A stretch of 64,000 bases of DNA from positions 3,872,001 through 3,936,000 of the forward strand of contig OZ244042.1 of the NCBI GenBank assembly GCA_965215015.1. The letters are read 5' to 3'. This DNA comes from Candidatus Poribacteria bacterium (GTDB lineage Bacteria > Poribacteria > WGA-4E > PCPOR2b). Of this stretch, positions 19,321 through 30,081 are shown piece after piece. Below the pieces are notes generated by a model. That model was not told where the DNA came from, did no database searches, and worked only from the letters and a program-made list of their open reading frames with translations. Positions within the stretch are counted from its first letter, which is position 1; every line of letters begins with the position of its first letter. Position numbers and translations under genes: made by a program.

Positions 19321-20160
19321 TCAGTGCTCCCTTTTCGGTATTTTTGAGGGCGGTGGAAGCCGCTTTTTAATTTGGTGAAAACGCTGAGAATCTTTCTTCA
19401 GATTCGGTTTTCGGGGCAGCTTGGCTATCTGCGAACGGACAGCAGCAATCCGTTCAACTGTCGGAGGGTGTGTCGAGAACATCTGTTCGAGTCTCGACGG
19501 TTCCCCTTTCTGGAGTTTGAGAAGTTTTTGAAAAAATGTCGCCATGCCCTCGGGGTCAATGCCAGCGTCGTACATCTCTTGGATAGCGTATATATCTGCC
19601 TCTCTTTCAGCGTCCCGGCTGTACTTCATAAGGACTCCATTCGCAGCTAAGCCAGCGACCATCTGTTCGAGTTTAGTTTGGTTCTCCCCTAAAGCTAATT
19701 GTGCCACGGCTGCAAGCCCGAGTTGTCGGGTCATCTGCTTGACGCTATGTTTGCCGACGACATGTCCGATTTCATGACCAATCACGCCTGCTAACTCGGA
19801 TTCATTTTCTGCCGCGCGGATTAGCCCAATATTCACATACAGATACCCTCCCGGTATTGCGAAAGCATTAATAACTTCGGTATGAACAACCTTAAAATGG
19901 TATGTGATGTTCTGTCGTTGAGAATGGTTTGCGAGGTGTTGTCCGAGTTGAGTGATGTAGGCAGTCACAACCGGATCTGAGTACATCTTCATCTCTTTTT
20001 CAATTTGGCGAGAGAATTGTTTCCCAAGTTGAACTTCCTCTGCATCAGAGAAAATGTTAATATCACTTATCTTCGCGGCACAGCCAAAAAATCCGGTGCC
20101 GGTCGTCACAACAAGTGTAATCCATAAGGTTAGTTGCGTGATTCGACAGATTTTTTGCAT
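19321..20160 (-). CDS. M48 family zinc metallopeptidase lipoprotein
   Basis: FFGC lipobox, INAFAIPGG, LAGVIGHEIGH, YSRDAEREAD, FSTHPP. Confidence 0.92.
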   Translation of the reverse strand: MQKICRITQLTLWITLVVTTGTGFFGCAAKISDINIFSDAEEVQLGKQFSRQIEKEMKMYSDPVVTAYITQLGQHLANHSQRQNITYHFKVVHTEVINAFAIPGGYLYVNIGLIRAAENESELAGVIGHEIGHVVGKHSVKQMTRQLGLAAVAQLALGENQTKLEQMVAGLAANGVLMKYSRDAEREADIYAIQEMYDAGIDPEGMATFFQKLLKLQKGEPSRLEQMFSTHPPTVERIAAVRSQIAKLPRKPNLKKDSQRFHQIKKRLPPPSKIPKREH

Positions 20161-20492
20161 GTTAATCCGCCTCCGTCCTTGTAGTTGCTCTCCTGTCGGT
20201 TGATTTTCCAAAATCGACAGTGGCGGTCGAGCTATGAATCTCGGTCTACTTCATTTGTGCAATTGGCGACAGCAAAATGTCAACACGCCCTAGTCCCACG
20301 CATGTTAGGGATATGGGGTTGGAGTGAAGGTGGAAACTGACTTCATTGAAGTGGATGTCAATCGGAGAGGCGTATCCGTGGTCTCTAGCATCCCGGGAGG
20401 GATTGCAGATCTTCGTCGAAACAGGTAACATATTCACTAACCGTTGGACTTCGGAGGGAAACGCTGATGGAGGAGTAGGCTAACATTCTGTT

Positions 20493-20678
20493 CTACACGA
20501 CGTCGTCATCTTCCACAGCAGGTTCAAACAGGACGCTGCAACTACTACAACGATAGCCGCTCTCCGCGTTGGATTCATCAATGAGAAACAGCATACCGCA
20601 ACAGATTGGGCACGGTTCCTCGATTTCCATTTCCGCCCGTTCAAGGATTCCAGTTCTATCTTCAAACTCAACAAGCAT
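20493..20678 (-). CDS. Small acidic Cys-rich (zinc-ribbon-like) protein
   Basis: CPICC-x16-CSSC; SD GAGAGGA; directly follows the rhodanese gene. Confidence 0.7.
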   Translation of the reverse strand: MLVEFEDRTGILERAEMEIEEPCPICCGMLFLIDESNAESGYRCSSCSVLFEPAVEDDDVV

Positions 20679-20696
20679 TTTGGTCCTCTCTAAAAA

Positions 20697-21068
20697 TCAG
20701 TAGCGATTCAGCGTGGGGTCTATTTCAATTGCCCACTGATCGATTCCGCCAGTTAAACTTTTCACGTTTTGAAAGCCGTTCTGATATAGGTAGTAAGCGG
20801 CTTGCATACTCCGCATCCCGTGATGGCAATGGAGGATGATCTCACGACTTGGATCGAGTTGCTCAATATGTTGGGGGAGGTTATCCATCGGGATGAGTTG
20901 GGCCTCCTCAAGACAGACGATTTGATGTTCCATCGGTTCTCGAACATCAATGAGTTGTATCGGTTCATCTTGATTAAGCTTTTGCTTGAGTTCGTGGACT
21001 GAAATTTCGTGTTTCTCCGGCTGAAAAGGTGGGGGTGCTTCGGAGGGAGGGGGGTCTGCTCTTCTCAA
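20697..21068 (-). CDS. Rhodanese-like sulfurtransferase
   Basis: LIDVREPME, CHHGMRS active loop, SLTGGIDQWA. Confidence 0.9.
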   Translation of the reverse strand: MRRADPPPSEAPPPFQPEKHEISVHELKQKLNQDEPIQLIDVREPMEHQIVCLEEAQLIPMDNLPQHIEQLDPSREIILHCHHGMRSMQAAYYLYQNGFQNVKSLTGGIDQWAIEIDPTLNRY

Positions 21069-21088
21069 TTTTTATACCTCAGTTTCGA

Positions 21089-21442
21089 TTAAACACACTC
21101 CGGACAGGGACAGATTTCCCTGAGTGTTTCAAAAGAGTAGATGCCGGTCGAATGCCCATCGCTCCAAGTAAACTGGAGGGCATAACGACCAACTAGTTCA
21201 AGGTTAACCGCTTGGGTATCAGCTGGAACTACAAGCTGGTCTGGATTGCCGAGTCCTTCTGGACCAAATAGGGAGTGAACATCCTGGCCGCTGTGCCTTA
21301 TCGTTGAACACTCCGCACAGGGACATAACCGCCTGAGATATGGATAGGTGTACTCACTTTCATGCCCATCTTTCCAGACGATTTGGAGCCCGCCGCCTCC
21401 CAACCGCTTAATCGTTTTTGGCTGTTGCTGTCTCATAGACAC
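21089..21442 (-). CDS. DUF971 (GBBH N-terminal-like) protein
   Basis: WKDGHESEY, LRRLCPCAEC, VGRYAL, WSDGHSTGIYS. Confidence 0.88.
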   Translation of the reverse strand: MSMRQQQPKTIKRLGGGGLQIVWKDGHESEYTYPYLRRLCPCAECSTIRHSGQDVHSLFGPEGLGNPDQLVVPADTQAVNLELVGRYALQFTWSDGHSTGIYSFETLREICPCPECV

Positions 21443-21445
21443 AGG

Positions 21446-21745
21446 TTAAAAGATTCCTAATTCGTCCTTAGCTTCTTCGGTCATCATTTCTGGCGTCCAA
21501 CGCGGCGTCCAAACGACGTTAATGTTCACTTCTTCAATGCCTTCCAGCTGTTGGGTGACATGCTGCGTTCCGTTGACAATTTGTCCACCCGCAGGACAGC
21601 CCGGGCTGGTCAGGGTCATTGTGACATTAACGGTATCGGCCTCAACGTCAACGCCGTAAATTAACCCCATATCAACAATGTTGATGCCAACCTCCGGATC
21701 AATAATTTCTTTGATTGCCTCAAATACAGCATCTTCTGTTACCAT
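21446..21745 (-). CDS. sufT: DUF59 / SufT-like Fe-S assembly protein
   Basis: DPEVGINIVDMGLIY, MTLTSPGCP, WTPRWTPEMM. Confidence 0.88.
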   Translation of the reverse strand: MVTEDAVFEAIKEIIDPEVGINIVDMGLIYGVDVEADTVNVTMTLTSPGCPAGGQIVNGTQHVTQQLEGIEEVNINVVWTPRWTPEMMTEEAKDELGIF

Positions 21746-21757
21746 CAGAGCCCTCCA

Positions 21758-22072
21758 TTAATAATCCACGCGGACGAAAATCGCATCGCCCTCAACTTTG
21801 ACTTCGTAACATTCAACCGGCTCGGTCGCCGGCATACAAAGGACTGCCCCAGTGCGGACATTGAAGCGTGCCCCGTGTCGCGGGCATTCGATTTCGTCGC
21901 CGTCGAGCTCGCCTTCAGCGAGGGGCCCTCCATCATGGGTGCAGACATCTTCGATAGCGAAAAATTCGCCATCCACGTTAAAGAGCGCAACGGGTATATC
22001 GTCCACTTCAACCAGTTTTTTTCTTCCCGGCGGTAGTTCGCTGACCTTTGCAACCTCGAAAAACTCGCTCAT
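21758..22072 (-). CDS. Rieske-type [2Fe-2S] ferredoxin
   Basis: CTH...CPRH ligands; ATG 22072 overlaps the sufU stop (ATGA). Confidence 0.92.
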   Translation of the reverse strand: MSEFFEVAKVSELPPGRKKLVEVDDIPVALFNVDGEFFAIEDVCTHDGGPLAEGELDGDEIECPRHGARFNVRTGAVLCMPATEPVECYEVKVEGDAIFVRVDY

Positions 22073-22467
22073 TTGGTCTCCTCGTCTTCCTCTCCGGGCC
22101 AACCTTTGAGTCCATAAACCCCCGCTTTTAGCACTTTTAGGGCTAACAGTCCACACTTCAGACGTACGGGCCCTAAGGGGATACCGAGCATGTCCAAAAT
22201 GTCATCTTTGCTTAACTGTTTGACCTCATCTAAATGTTTGCCTTTAATCTCTTCCGTCAACATTGAAGCGGCTGCTTGGCTGATGGTGCAACCGTAACCG
22301 CAGAACCGAAGGTCGGTTATGATACCGTCCTCAACCTTAAGATCGATGCGAATCTGATCGCCACACAGGGGGTTATCCTCCACATGAGAAATGTCAGGGT
22401 GTTCAAGCGTCCCATAATTGCTTGGGTTTTCATAATGATCGAGAATGTCTTCTTCGTAAATGTTCAT
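22069..22467 (-). CDS. sufU: SufU/IscU-type Fe-S scaffold or sulfur-transfer protein
   Basis: ILDHYENP, NPLCGD, GCTISQAAASM, RLKC. Confidence 0.9.
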   Translation of the reverse strand: MNIYEEDILDHYENPSNYGTLEHPDISHVEDNPLCGDQIRIDLKVEDGIITDLRFCGYGCTISQAAASMLTEEIKGKHLDEVKQLSKDDILDMLGIPLGPVRLKCGLLALKVLKAGVYGLKGWPGEEDEETK

Positions 22468-23726
22468 CTTCGTCTCCGCGTCAGCATACGTTGGGCTTTC
22501 ATCAATCCTTCATGCAGGATATCAATCTCTTCAAGTTTGTTATAAAGGTAGAAACTTGCGCGGGCTGTAGCGATAACCCCAAATTTCTGCATGAGCGGCT
22601 GTGCACAGTGATGTCCGGCTCGGACTGCAACTCCAACTGTATCCAAGACGCCTGCTAAGTCGTGAGGGTGAATACCCTTCAAGTTAAATGTGATTGCTCC
22701 CGTTTTTTGCCTCGGTTTGGGTCCATAGATGGTGATACCCTCAATTTCACCGAGTTTCTGATGTGCATATTCGAGCAATTCGTGTTCATGCCCGAAGATT
22801 GCTTTTAGTCCAACTTTGTTGAGATAGTCCGCAGCAGCTGCAAGCCCAATGGCTTCCGCAATGGCTGGCGTCCCCGCTTCAAATTTGGCTGGCACATCCG
22901 CGTAAGTCGAACTTTCGCGTTGGACAGAGCGAATCATCGAACCACCCCCCAAAAATGGGGGCATTTCTTCTAAGAGGTCTGACTTACCGTACAAGACCCC
23001 TATGCCGGTGGGTCCGCACATTTTATGCCCTGAAAAGGCGAGAAAATCGCAATCTAGCTCCTGCACATCCACGTCGAAATGCGGGACACTCTGTGCGCCA
23101 TCAATCAGCACCTTTGCACCGACGGCGTGGGCGGCGGCTGTAAGTTCCTGAACGGGATTAATAGTACCGAGGACGTTGGAAACATGCGTCATTGCAATTA
23201 GCTTGGTGCGCTCTGTCAACAACCTCTCCAAACCATCAAGCTGCAACACCCCTTCGTCAGTGACTTCAATAAACCGCAGCTTCGCTCCGGTGCGCTGGGA
23301 CAGTAACTGCCACGGCAGGAGGTTGCTGTGGTGTTCCATTACGGTGACAAGGATTTCATCGCTCTCTCGGAGATTGGCACTCCCCCAACTATACGCGACC
23401 AAATTGATCGATTCAGTGGTATTTCGTGTAAAGATAATCTGGCTGGAACGTCGGGTGTTGATGAGCTGTCCAATCCGCTGTCGTGCCTCCTCATACTTGG
23501 CGGTTGCTTCCTCAGAGATACGGTAAATGCCTCGATGGATATTTGAGTTGTAGGTCCGGTAATAGGCATCCATCGCCTCAATCACGCAATCGGGTGTTTG
23601 GGAGGTCGCGGCACTATCCAGATAGATTAACGGCCGATCATTTTCCTGTTTTAGAATGGAAAAATCGTTTCGGATAGTTTCGACATCAAACGCATTGAGT
23701 GCATTGTTCATAGGTTGAGCGTACAT
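22464..23726 (-). CDS. sufS: Cysteine desulfurase
   Basis: YLDSAATSQ, EHHSN, FSGHKMCGPTGIG, RAGHHCAQP. Confidence 0.95.
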   Translation of the reverse strand: MYAQPMNNALNAFDVETIRNDFSILKQENDRPLIYLDSAATSQTPDCVIEAMDAYYRTYNSNIHRGIYRISEEATAKYEEARQRIGQLINTRRSSQIIFTRNTTESINLVAYSWGSANLRESDEILVTVMEHHSNLLPWQLLSQRTGAKLRFIEVTDEGVLQLDGLERLLTERTKLIAMTHVSNVLGTINPVQELTAAAHAVGAKVLIDGAQSVPHFDVDVQELDCDFLAFSGHKMCGPTGIGVLYGKSDLLEEMPPFLGGGSMIRSVQRESSTYADVPAKFEAGTPAIAEAIGLAAAADYLNKVGLKAIFGHEHELLEYAHQKLGEIEGITIYGPKPRQKTGAITFNLKGIHPHDLAGVLDTVGVAVRAGHHCAQPLMQKFGVIATARASFYLYNKLEEIDILHEGLMKAQRMLTRRRR

Positions 23727-24002
23727 GGGGATTCCAATTCAAATCAGGATTAAGGATTCGATGTTCGCCTATGTTAAGAAGTACAACAGGAACCGGGCCT
23801 TTGTCAGGGCAACGACAAGTTGGTTTGAGTTCCGAGGATACCACCAACGTGGCACCATAGAATACTCGAAAACTCACTGAACCGTTCTCGGCAAATACCC
23901 GGCATGTTGCACGACACACCGGGTATTGGGGAGGCCCCTACAGTTTATCTTCAGCTTTGCGCCTTCTTTTGACATAAGCCTCACGTTTTACGCATGATCG
24001 GC

Positions 24003-24380
24003 TTATTTTGAGAACAGGTTGCTTGCCCAGTTGGTCAATTTCCCACCTGAGAACGAGACATCAACTGTAGTTTCGCCGTGATCGGCACATGCCTCGTCTG
24101 TCGGCACATCAGTCTCTGCATCACTCGATTGGACATAGCCTTTTGTAATAAGGTATGCTTCCACTTCATCGCCGCTGACATCAGCGATAATCTCGCCATT
24201 GATTTCGATCGTTGGCTGGAGTGGCTGACCACTCTTCTCGACCATTTCACGATAGTTATCTGCGTTGTTAATAATGTCTCGATCTTCGTATTCCAAGCCA
24301 TACTTTTGGAAGATTGCGCGGACACCATTGCTCCAACCGCAAACAGGTTTCATATAAGCGGTAATTTTTGGCTGACTCAT
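24003..24380 (-). CDS. Monothiol glutaredoxin-like protein
   Basis: KPVCGWS active site, KSGQPLQPTIEING. Confidence 0.82.
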   Translation of the reverse strand: MSQPKITAYMKPVCGWSNGVRAIFQKYGLEYEDRDIINNADNYREMVEKSGQPLQPTIEINGEIIADVSGDEVEAYLITKGYVQSSDAETDVPTDEACADHGETTVDVSFSGGKLTNWASNLFSK

Positions 24381-24482
24381 TATTGGGTTCCTTTCAGTTT
24401 TGAAAAGTGTGAAGTATCTCCGAAAGGTTCGGAGGATCAGATATAGCGGCCTGGATTGGTTCTATTTGCCGCTATTATATAG

Positions 24483-25892
24483 TTACATCGCCAATTTGTA
24501 ATCAATTGACTGCTGAAGTTGTGTCCGGACTGATTCTAACGAAATCCTTTGCATCACAGGTTCAAAAAAGCCGTCAACAATCAACCGTTCCGCTGCGTCG
24601 TGAGATAATCCACGACTCATAAGATAAAACACTTGATCTTTATCTATGGGGCCTGCGGTCGCCCCGTGTGTACAACGAATGCCTTCACTCGCTAAGATTT
24701 CGAGTCCGGGCAGGGGATCTGCGCGGGCCCGGTCACTTAACATCAGATTATCGTTCTTCTGATAGGCATCGGTATGTTGGCCACCGGGGTGGACATGAAT
24801 CATACCCGCCCACACACTTCGCGATCGGTCCTTGAGGACAGTTCGATAGAGCAGATCACTTGTTGTATGAGGGGCTTGATGGTCTTGATATGTATGAATA
24901 TCAAGGTGCTGACGGGCGTGTGTAAAGGTCAATCCGAGCATCTCGACATGACTTCCCGTCTTTTCCAAGACCGAGACCTGATTGAGTTTGCTCACGCGAC
25001 TCCCTAATGCACTCGAAACCCAGCGCAATTGTGCGTCTCTCCCAATAATCGCCCGTTGTGTCGAAAAATTCCAGACCCGGAGATTCCACCTTTGCATCCA
25101 GATGTAGTTGACATGGGCGTTGTCTGCGACAAAGATTTCGACAGCACCGCAGTGTAACCCGGGGGTATCCGTATCTGTCGAGAGGTGTTCCTCCAAAACG
25201 GTGACTTGACTGCCCGCATCAGCAATAATGAGTGTGTGCGATAAATCTGTCCGTCCCGCTTCAGACAGTGCGACAAACACCCGTAACGGGACTTCAAGGA
25301 CAACGCCTTTGGGAATATGTAATAGATAGCCGCCCTGCCAAAATGCGCCGTGGAGGGCATCGAATTTATTCCAATCCACCTCAACGGCTTGGGTCATAAA
25401 ATGGGACCTGATCACCTCTGGACGCTCTTTCAACGCGGTATTCATATCCGCGAAATAGACCCCTTTACGTTCCCAGTCTTCTGCCAACGCAACATTGCGT
25501 GCGATACCGTCTTGCTGCACTATTTGCCCTGGTTCTCCATTCAATGACGCCAATCGATCCACTAGCGTATCGGGCAACGGGGCATGTTCAGCAGATTCGG
25601 AAGGCGAAAGCGAAATCGGGTGATACTGATGCAGCTTGAAGGGACGGAGGTCTGTGCGACGCCAATAGTCCTGTACGTGCATATCCGTCGTCCGCTTCCA
25701 CGTATCCTCATTGGGCATCTTGGGGATTGGCAACCGATCGTACACGTCATACGCTGCCAACCGCCGCTCACGCATCCAATGGGGTTCGTCCTGCGTTTTG
25801 GATATGTGCTCTACAAATTCTCGTGAAAAATCCCCCGTGTGAACTTCATAAGGAGGATTTTGATTTAATTCTAAAGGCAATTCGTTCTCCAT
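24483..25892 (-). CDS. sufD: Fe-S cluster assembly protein SufD
   Basis: WRRTD, QHLDIHT.QDH, TDAYQKNDNL, LPGLEI, CTHGAT, FYLMSRG. Confidence 0.93.
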   Translation of the reverse strand: MENELPLELNQNPPYEVHTGDFSREFVEHISKTQDEPHWMRERRLAAYDVYDRLPIPKMPNEDTWKRTTDMHVQDYWRRTDLRPFKLHQYHPISLSPSESAEHAPLPDTLVDRLASLNGEPGQIVQQDGIARNVALAEDWERKGVYFADMNTALKERPEVIRSHFMTQAVEVDWNKFDALHGAFWQGGYLLHIPKGVVLEVPLRVFVALSEAGRTDLSHTLIIADAGSQVTVLEEHLSTDTDTPGLHCGAVEIFVADNAHVNYIWMQRWNLRVWNFSTQRAIIGRDAQLRWVSSALGSRVSKLNQVSVLEKTGSHVEMLGLTFTHARQHLDIHTYQDHQAPHTTSDLLYRTVLKDRSRSVWAGMIHVHPGGQHTDAYQKNDNLMLSDRARADPLPGLEILASEGIRCTHGATAGPIDKDQVFYLMSRGLSHDAAERLIVDGFFEPVMQRISLESVRTQLQQSIDYKLAM

Positions 25893-25932
25893 CTCTCTCT
25901 AAAAAATTGAGTGAACCCGCTGTGGTCACTCT

Positions 25933-27354
25933 CTACCCCACCGAGCCTTCCATCTGAAGCTGGATCAGCCGGTTCATTTCGACCGCGTACTCCATCGGGA
26001 GTTCCTTCACGAGCGGTTCAATGAATCCGTTGACAATCATGGTGGAAGCCTCCTCTTCGGACAGTCCACGGCTCATTAGATAGAAGAGTTGTTCCTCGCC
26101 AATCTTGCTGACACGCGCCTCGTGACCGACGTTTACATCGTCTGCATCAATTTGGATAACCGGATAGGTATCGGAGCGCGATTCTTCATCAAGGATTAGG
26201 GCGTCACATTCGACGTTGGATTTACACCCTTTTGCACCATTAAGCACTTTGAGTTCACCACGATAGCTGGAACGCCCACCATCCTTGCTAATTGACTTGG
26301 AGGTGATACGCGAACTGGTATTCGGCGCACAGTGAATGACCTTACCGCCGGCGTCCTGATGTTGTCCCTTGGTTGCAAATGCGATTGAGAGAATTTCTCC
26401 GTGGGCACCCGGCTCCATCATGTAAATGCTTGGGTACTTCATCGTGAGTTTTGAGCCCAGGTTGCCGTCAATCCATTCCATGTGGGCCCCTTCGTAAGCC
26501 GTTGCTCGCTTGGTTACGAGATTATATACGTTATTCGCCCAGTTTTGGATGGTGGTGTAGCGCACACGCGATCCCTTCTTGCAGATAATCTCAACGACAG
26601 CACTATGCAACGATTCACTGGAAAAGGTTGGAGCCGTGCAACCTTCCACATAATGCACCTCTGCACCTTCGTCAGCAATAATCAACGTCCGCTCAAACTG
26701 ACCCATATTTTCGCTGTTGATACGGAAGTAAGCCTGCAGCGGGTAATCAACTTTCACACCGGGCGGGACGTAGATGAAAGACCCTCCGGACCAGACCGCT
26801 GAATTGAGCGCGGCAAGTTTGTTATCCGCGGACGGAATCACTGTACCGAAATACTCTTTGAGCAGATCCGGATATTCACGGATAGCTGTATCGGTATCGA
26901 CGAAGATGACGCCAATCTTCTCCAACTCCTCTTCGATGTTATGATAGACAACCTCCGAATCGTATTGGGCACCCACACCGGCAAGGAATTTTCGCTCCGC
27001 TTCCGGGATGCCGAGTCGATCAAAGGTTTTCTTGATGTCGTCGGGGACATCGTCCCAACTACGCTCGACCCGATCAGAGGCTTTGACATAGTAATAGATG
27101 TCATCGTAGTCGAGTTCAGAGAGGTCGCCTCCCCATTTCAGGTCGGGCTTCTGCTTAAAGATTTCATAGGCTTTCAGCCGGTATTGGCGCATCCAATCGG
27201 GCTCACCTTTGACGTCGCACATCTCGTTGATGACCTCGGTATCCAACCCTTTTCGCGATTTGAAAACAGGCTTGACATCATCATAAAATCCGTATTTGTA
27301 TTCGCTGCTGACACCGATGTCTACCGTCTCATTCGGCTTCTCTTGTTCTGCCAT
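25933..27354 (-). CDS. sufB: Fe-S cluster assembly protein SufB
   Basis: [48 protein letters not shown]. Confidence 0.97.
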   Translation of the reverse strand: MAEQEKPNETVDIGVSSEYKYGFYDDVKPVFKSRKGLDTEVINEMCDVKGEPDWMRQYRLKAYEIFKQKPDLKWGGDLSELDYDDIYYYVKASDRVERSWDDVPDDIKKTFDRLGIPEAERKFLAGVGAQYDSEVVYHNIEEELEKIGVIFVDTDTAIREYPDLLKEYFGTVIPSADNKLAALNSAVWSGGSFIYVPPGVKVDYPLQAYFRINSENMGQFERTLIIADEGAEVHYVEGCTAPTFSSESLHSAVVEIICKKGSRVRYTTIQNWANNVYNLVTKRATAYEGAHMEWIDGNLGSKLTMKYPSIYMMEPGAHGEILSIAFATKGQHQDAGGKVIHCAPNTSSRITSKSISKDGGRSSYRGELKVLNGAKGCKSNVECDALILDEESRSDTYPVIQIDADDVNVGHEARVSKIGEEQLFYLMSRGLSEEEASTMIVNGFIEPLVKELPMEYAVEMNRLIQLQMEGSVG

Positions 27355-27399
27355 TTTTCGTATTTCCTTTCCATTTTTCGGTGAATCTGTTCTGTTTTT

Positions 27400-28230
27400 T
27401 TAAGCTCTTAAAGAGGGCAATGTATCCTCGGCTTCAGTTTCAACAACAGTCTCCATCAGGCCATGTGCCTCACGAATTGGGTCGTACCCCTTCTCCTCCA
27501 GCAGTTCAGCGAGCTCCCAGCCTCCGGATTCGACCACTTTTCCGTCAAGCAGAATGTGTACGAACTGTGGGCGGATGTAGTTGAGCAGGCGCGGGTAGTG
27601 GGTAATAATAAGCACACCGAGGCTTGGACCGATCAATCGATTGACGCTTTCGCCAACGATACGCACCGCGTCAATATCTAGCCCCGAATCGGTTTCGTCA
27701 AGGATGGCAATCTTGGGTTCAAGCATTGCCAGCTGCAAAATCTCGGCTCTTTTCTTCTCGCCCCCGGAGAACCCGTCGTTGAGATAGCGTCGCGCAAAGG
27801 ATTCATCAACGCCCATCTGTTTCATCTTTGCCCGCAACTCGCGGCGAAACTCTCGCATCGGGATGAGTTCGGTTGTGTCGGATCCATTTGAATCTTCAGA
27901 ACGCACGGCACTCACCGCGATGCGGAGGAAGTTCGCCATGCTAACACCGGGGATTGTGGTTGGATATTGAAACGCAAGAAAAAGCCCTAACTTTGCGCGT
28001 TCGTTCGGCTCTAGCTCAAGGATATCTTCCCCCCCTATGGTGATTTCCCCAGAATCAATCGTATAGAACGGATTCCCCATCAGCGCGTTGGCAAGGGTGC
28101 TTTTGCCGGATCCATTCGGTCCCATAAGTGCGTGGATTTCACCCTGTCTGACGCTCAAGTTTAAGCCTTTGATGATAGGTTGTTTTTCCACGCTGACGTG
28201 TAAATCTTTGATAACCAATTCAGTACTCAT
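27400..28230 (-). CDS. sufC: Fe-S assembly ATPase SufC
   Basis: MGPNGSGKST, FLAFQYP, GFSGGEKKR, LDETDSGLDIDA. Confidence 0.97.
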   Translation of the reverse strand: MSTELVIKDLHVSVEKQPIIKGLNLSVRQGEIHALMGPNGSGKSTLANALMGNPFYTIDSGEITIGGEDILELEPNERAKLGLFLAFQYPTTIPGVSMANFLRIAVSAVRSEDSNGSDTTELIPMREFRRELRAKMKQMGVDESFARRYLNDGFSGGEKKRAEILQLAMLEPKIAILDETDSGLDIDAVRIVGESVNRLIGPSLGVLIITHYPRLLNYIRPQFVHILLDGKVVESGGWELAELLEEKGYDPIREAHGLMETVVETEAEDTLPSLRA

Positions 28231-28368
28231 TACTACTTTCTCGACTCCTTCTGTATATTGCTGTATATTAACCCACGTTGCTAGGTTGGCTGTAGGTCAA
28301 TTTTCCCAAATCAACTGCCGAGATATGAATTTTGACCTACGGACTATAATATCATATACACAATGTCC

Positions 28369-29382
28369 CTAACCGCCAATCATAGACATATTTCGTTTCG
28401 GTTTGACAAAGTTCGCGGCATTAATCTGGTGTCCCGCTTCTTTCTGCTTCACCGCTTCAATAATAAGGTTCTCGATAGTTTCATCGCAGGCACCGGCGCG
28501 CAGTGGGGTCAACAGGTCGGTTTCTACAATAGAGAACAGACATGTCCGCAATTGACCGTCGGCGGTGAGACGGATCCGATTACACTGTTCGCAAAACGGC
28601 TCCGTCACGGAAGAGATAAACCCGACATCCCCCTTCCCGTCTTCAAACTCATAACGCTTTGCCGGATCATGTTTCGCATCGCCGTTCATCTCGACTGGAC
28701 TCAGGGGATAGACTGTATCAATTTTATTGATAATCTCCGCCCCCGGAATGAACATATTCCGTCCCCAGATGTCATCGGCGTCTAAGGGCATAAATTCAAT
28801 GAACCGGAGTTGGTAAGAATTATCACGGGCAAACTTTGCGAGGTCAACAATCTCATCGTCGGTGAACCCTTTCATTGCTACCGCGTTCACTTTGATTGGA
28901 TCAAACCCACAACGTTGCGCCTCTTGCAGCCCTGCTAATACCCTTGAAAGCACCTTGCGGCGCGTCATTTGCTCAAATTTTGCTTCATCTAGCGTATCAA
29001 GACTGACATTGATTCGACGAAGCCCGGCATCGTAGAGGTCTTTTGCCTGTTTGATTAAGCCAATGCCGTTTGTGGTCAAGCTGATGTCCTTCAACCCCTT
29101 GATTTCTTGGAGCCGTTTAATGAGCTCTGGCACCCCCCGACGAACCAACGGTTCTCCCCCTGTCAGTCTGACTTTATTGATTCCCAGGTCGACGAAGATA
29201 CGCGCGAGGTGAACAATTTCGTCAAACGTCATGATAGCGTCATCTTCCATGAACTGCATGTCTTCCGGCATACAGTAGATGCAGCGGAAGTTACACTGGT
29301 CAGTTACAGAGATGCGTAGGTTAGTATGCTCTCGATTGAAGCTGTCAATGAGTCGTGGGTTCGTCATTTTGTGAGTGGGCAC
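28369..29382 (-). CDS. moaA: GTP 3',8-cyclase (molybdenum cofactor biosynthesis, radical SAM)
   Basis: LRISVTDQCNFRCIYC, LTGGEP, RFIEFMP, FCEQCNRIR..CLF, MSMIGG C-terminus. Confidence 0.96.
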   Translation of the reverse strand: MPTHKMTNPRLIDSFNREHTNLRISVTDQCNFRCIYCMPEDMQFMEDDAIMTFDEIVHLARIFVDLGINKVRLTGGEPLVRRGVPELIKRLQEIKGLKDISLTTNGIGLIKQAKDLYDAGLRRINVSLDTLDEAKFEQMTRRKVLSRVLAGLQEAQRCGFDPIKVNAVAMKGFTDDEIVDLAKFARDNSYQLRFIEFMPLDADDIWGRNMFIPGAEIINKIDTVYPLSPVEMNGDAKHDPAKRYEFEDGKGDVGFISSVTEPFCEQCNRIRLTADGQLRTCLFSIVETDLLTPLRAGACDETIENLIIEAVKQKEAGHQINAANFVKPKRNMSMIGG

Positions 29383-29422
29383 ACAAGGTTAATCAGTTGG
29401 GTTAAAGTTTGATTCGGCGTTA

Positions 29423-29451
29423 ATAATAACACAAGCGACGCAGTTTTGCAA
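29423..29451 (-). promoter_or_regulatory. Probable promoter of the moaA-suf cluster, TTGCAA-N17-TATTAT with extended -10
   Basis: Minus strand: TTGCAA aactgcgtcgcttgTGt TATTAT. Confidence 0.55.
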
Positions 29452-30081
29452 ATCTTTTTATAGGTTTTTTATGTAAAATACCATAAAAAATACGACTCAT
29501 GTCAAAAGGGAGTGCCAAACGGTCAGAGCACCCGAGTTTTTGGCAAAAGCTCGGTTGCTGTTGCACAATTTCTTGAGGGATAGGCATCATTATTGTGTGA
29601 ATCACAGATTCGAGGGATTCAGCTATATTATGAAGGAAAAGGACCACTGGAATATCTACCGGGACTCAATCCAAGAAGGTATAGACCATCAGTTGACAAA
29701 TGATCTTTATGACAATTTCGCACCACACGAATCACCACACAAATGGACTCCACGGCTATCGGTCTCGTCTCAGAGACTGACCCCAACGCTTTTGGGAGAA
29801 ATAAAGGAAATTAAGTAGTACCTAGGCAATTGAACGCTCAAAACCTTGTCGTTCAGCGATTTATCGTCGTACACCGACGCCCGATGAATCGGGCTATTAC
29901 AGTAAGATCTTAGGTTGATAGTAGGGCAATTTATCAAATACCCGATGTGTTGCGCTATTGCGTTTGGTGAATTGCGCTAGAATTGTGGCGGGACACGTCG
30001 GGTATTTTGTCGAGATATGAATCTTGACCTACGGGGCCCGGAGATTACTCCGTGAGATTTCCGAGTTCAGATTCATCAAAT

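Noticed and set aside
29540-29818. Small + strand ORF divergent from moaA
   Set aside because: Begins within a repeat and shows no recognisable motif; cannot be supported
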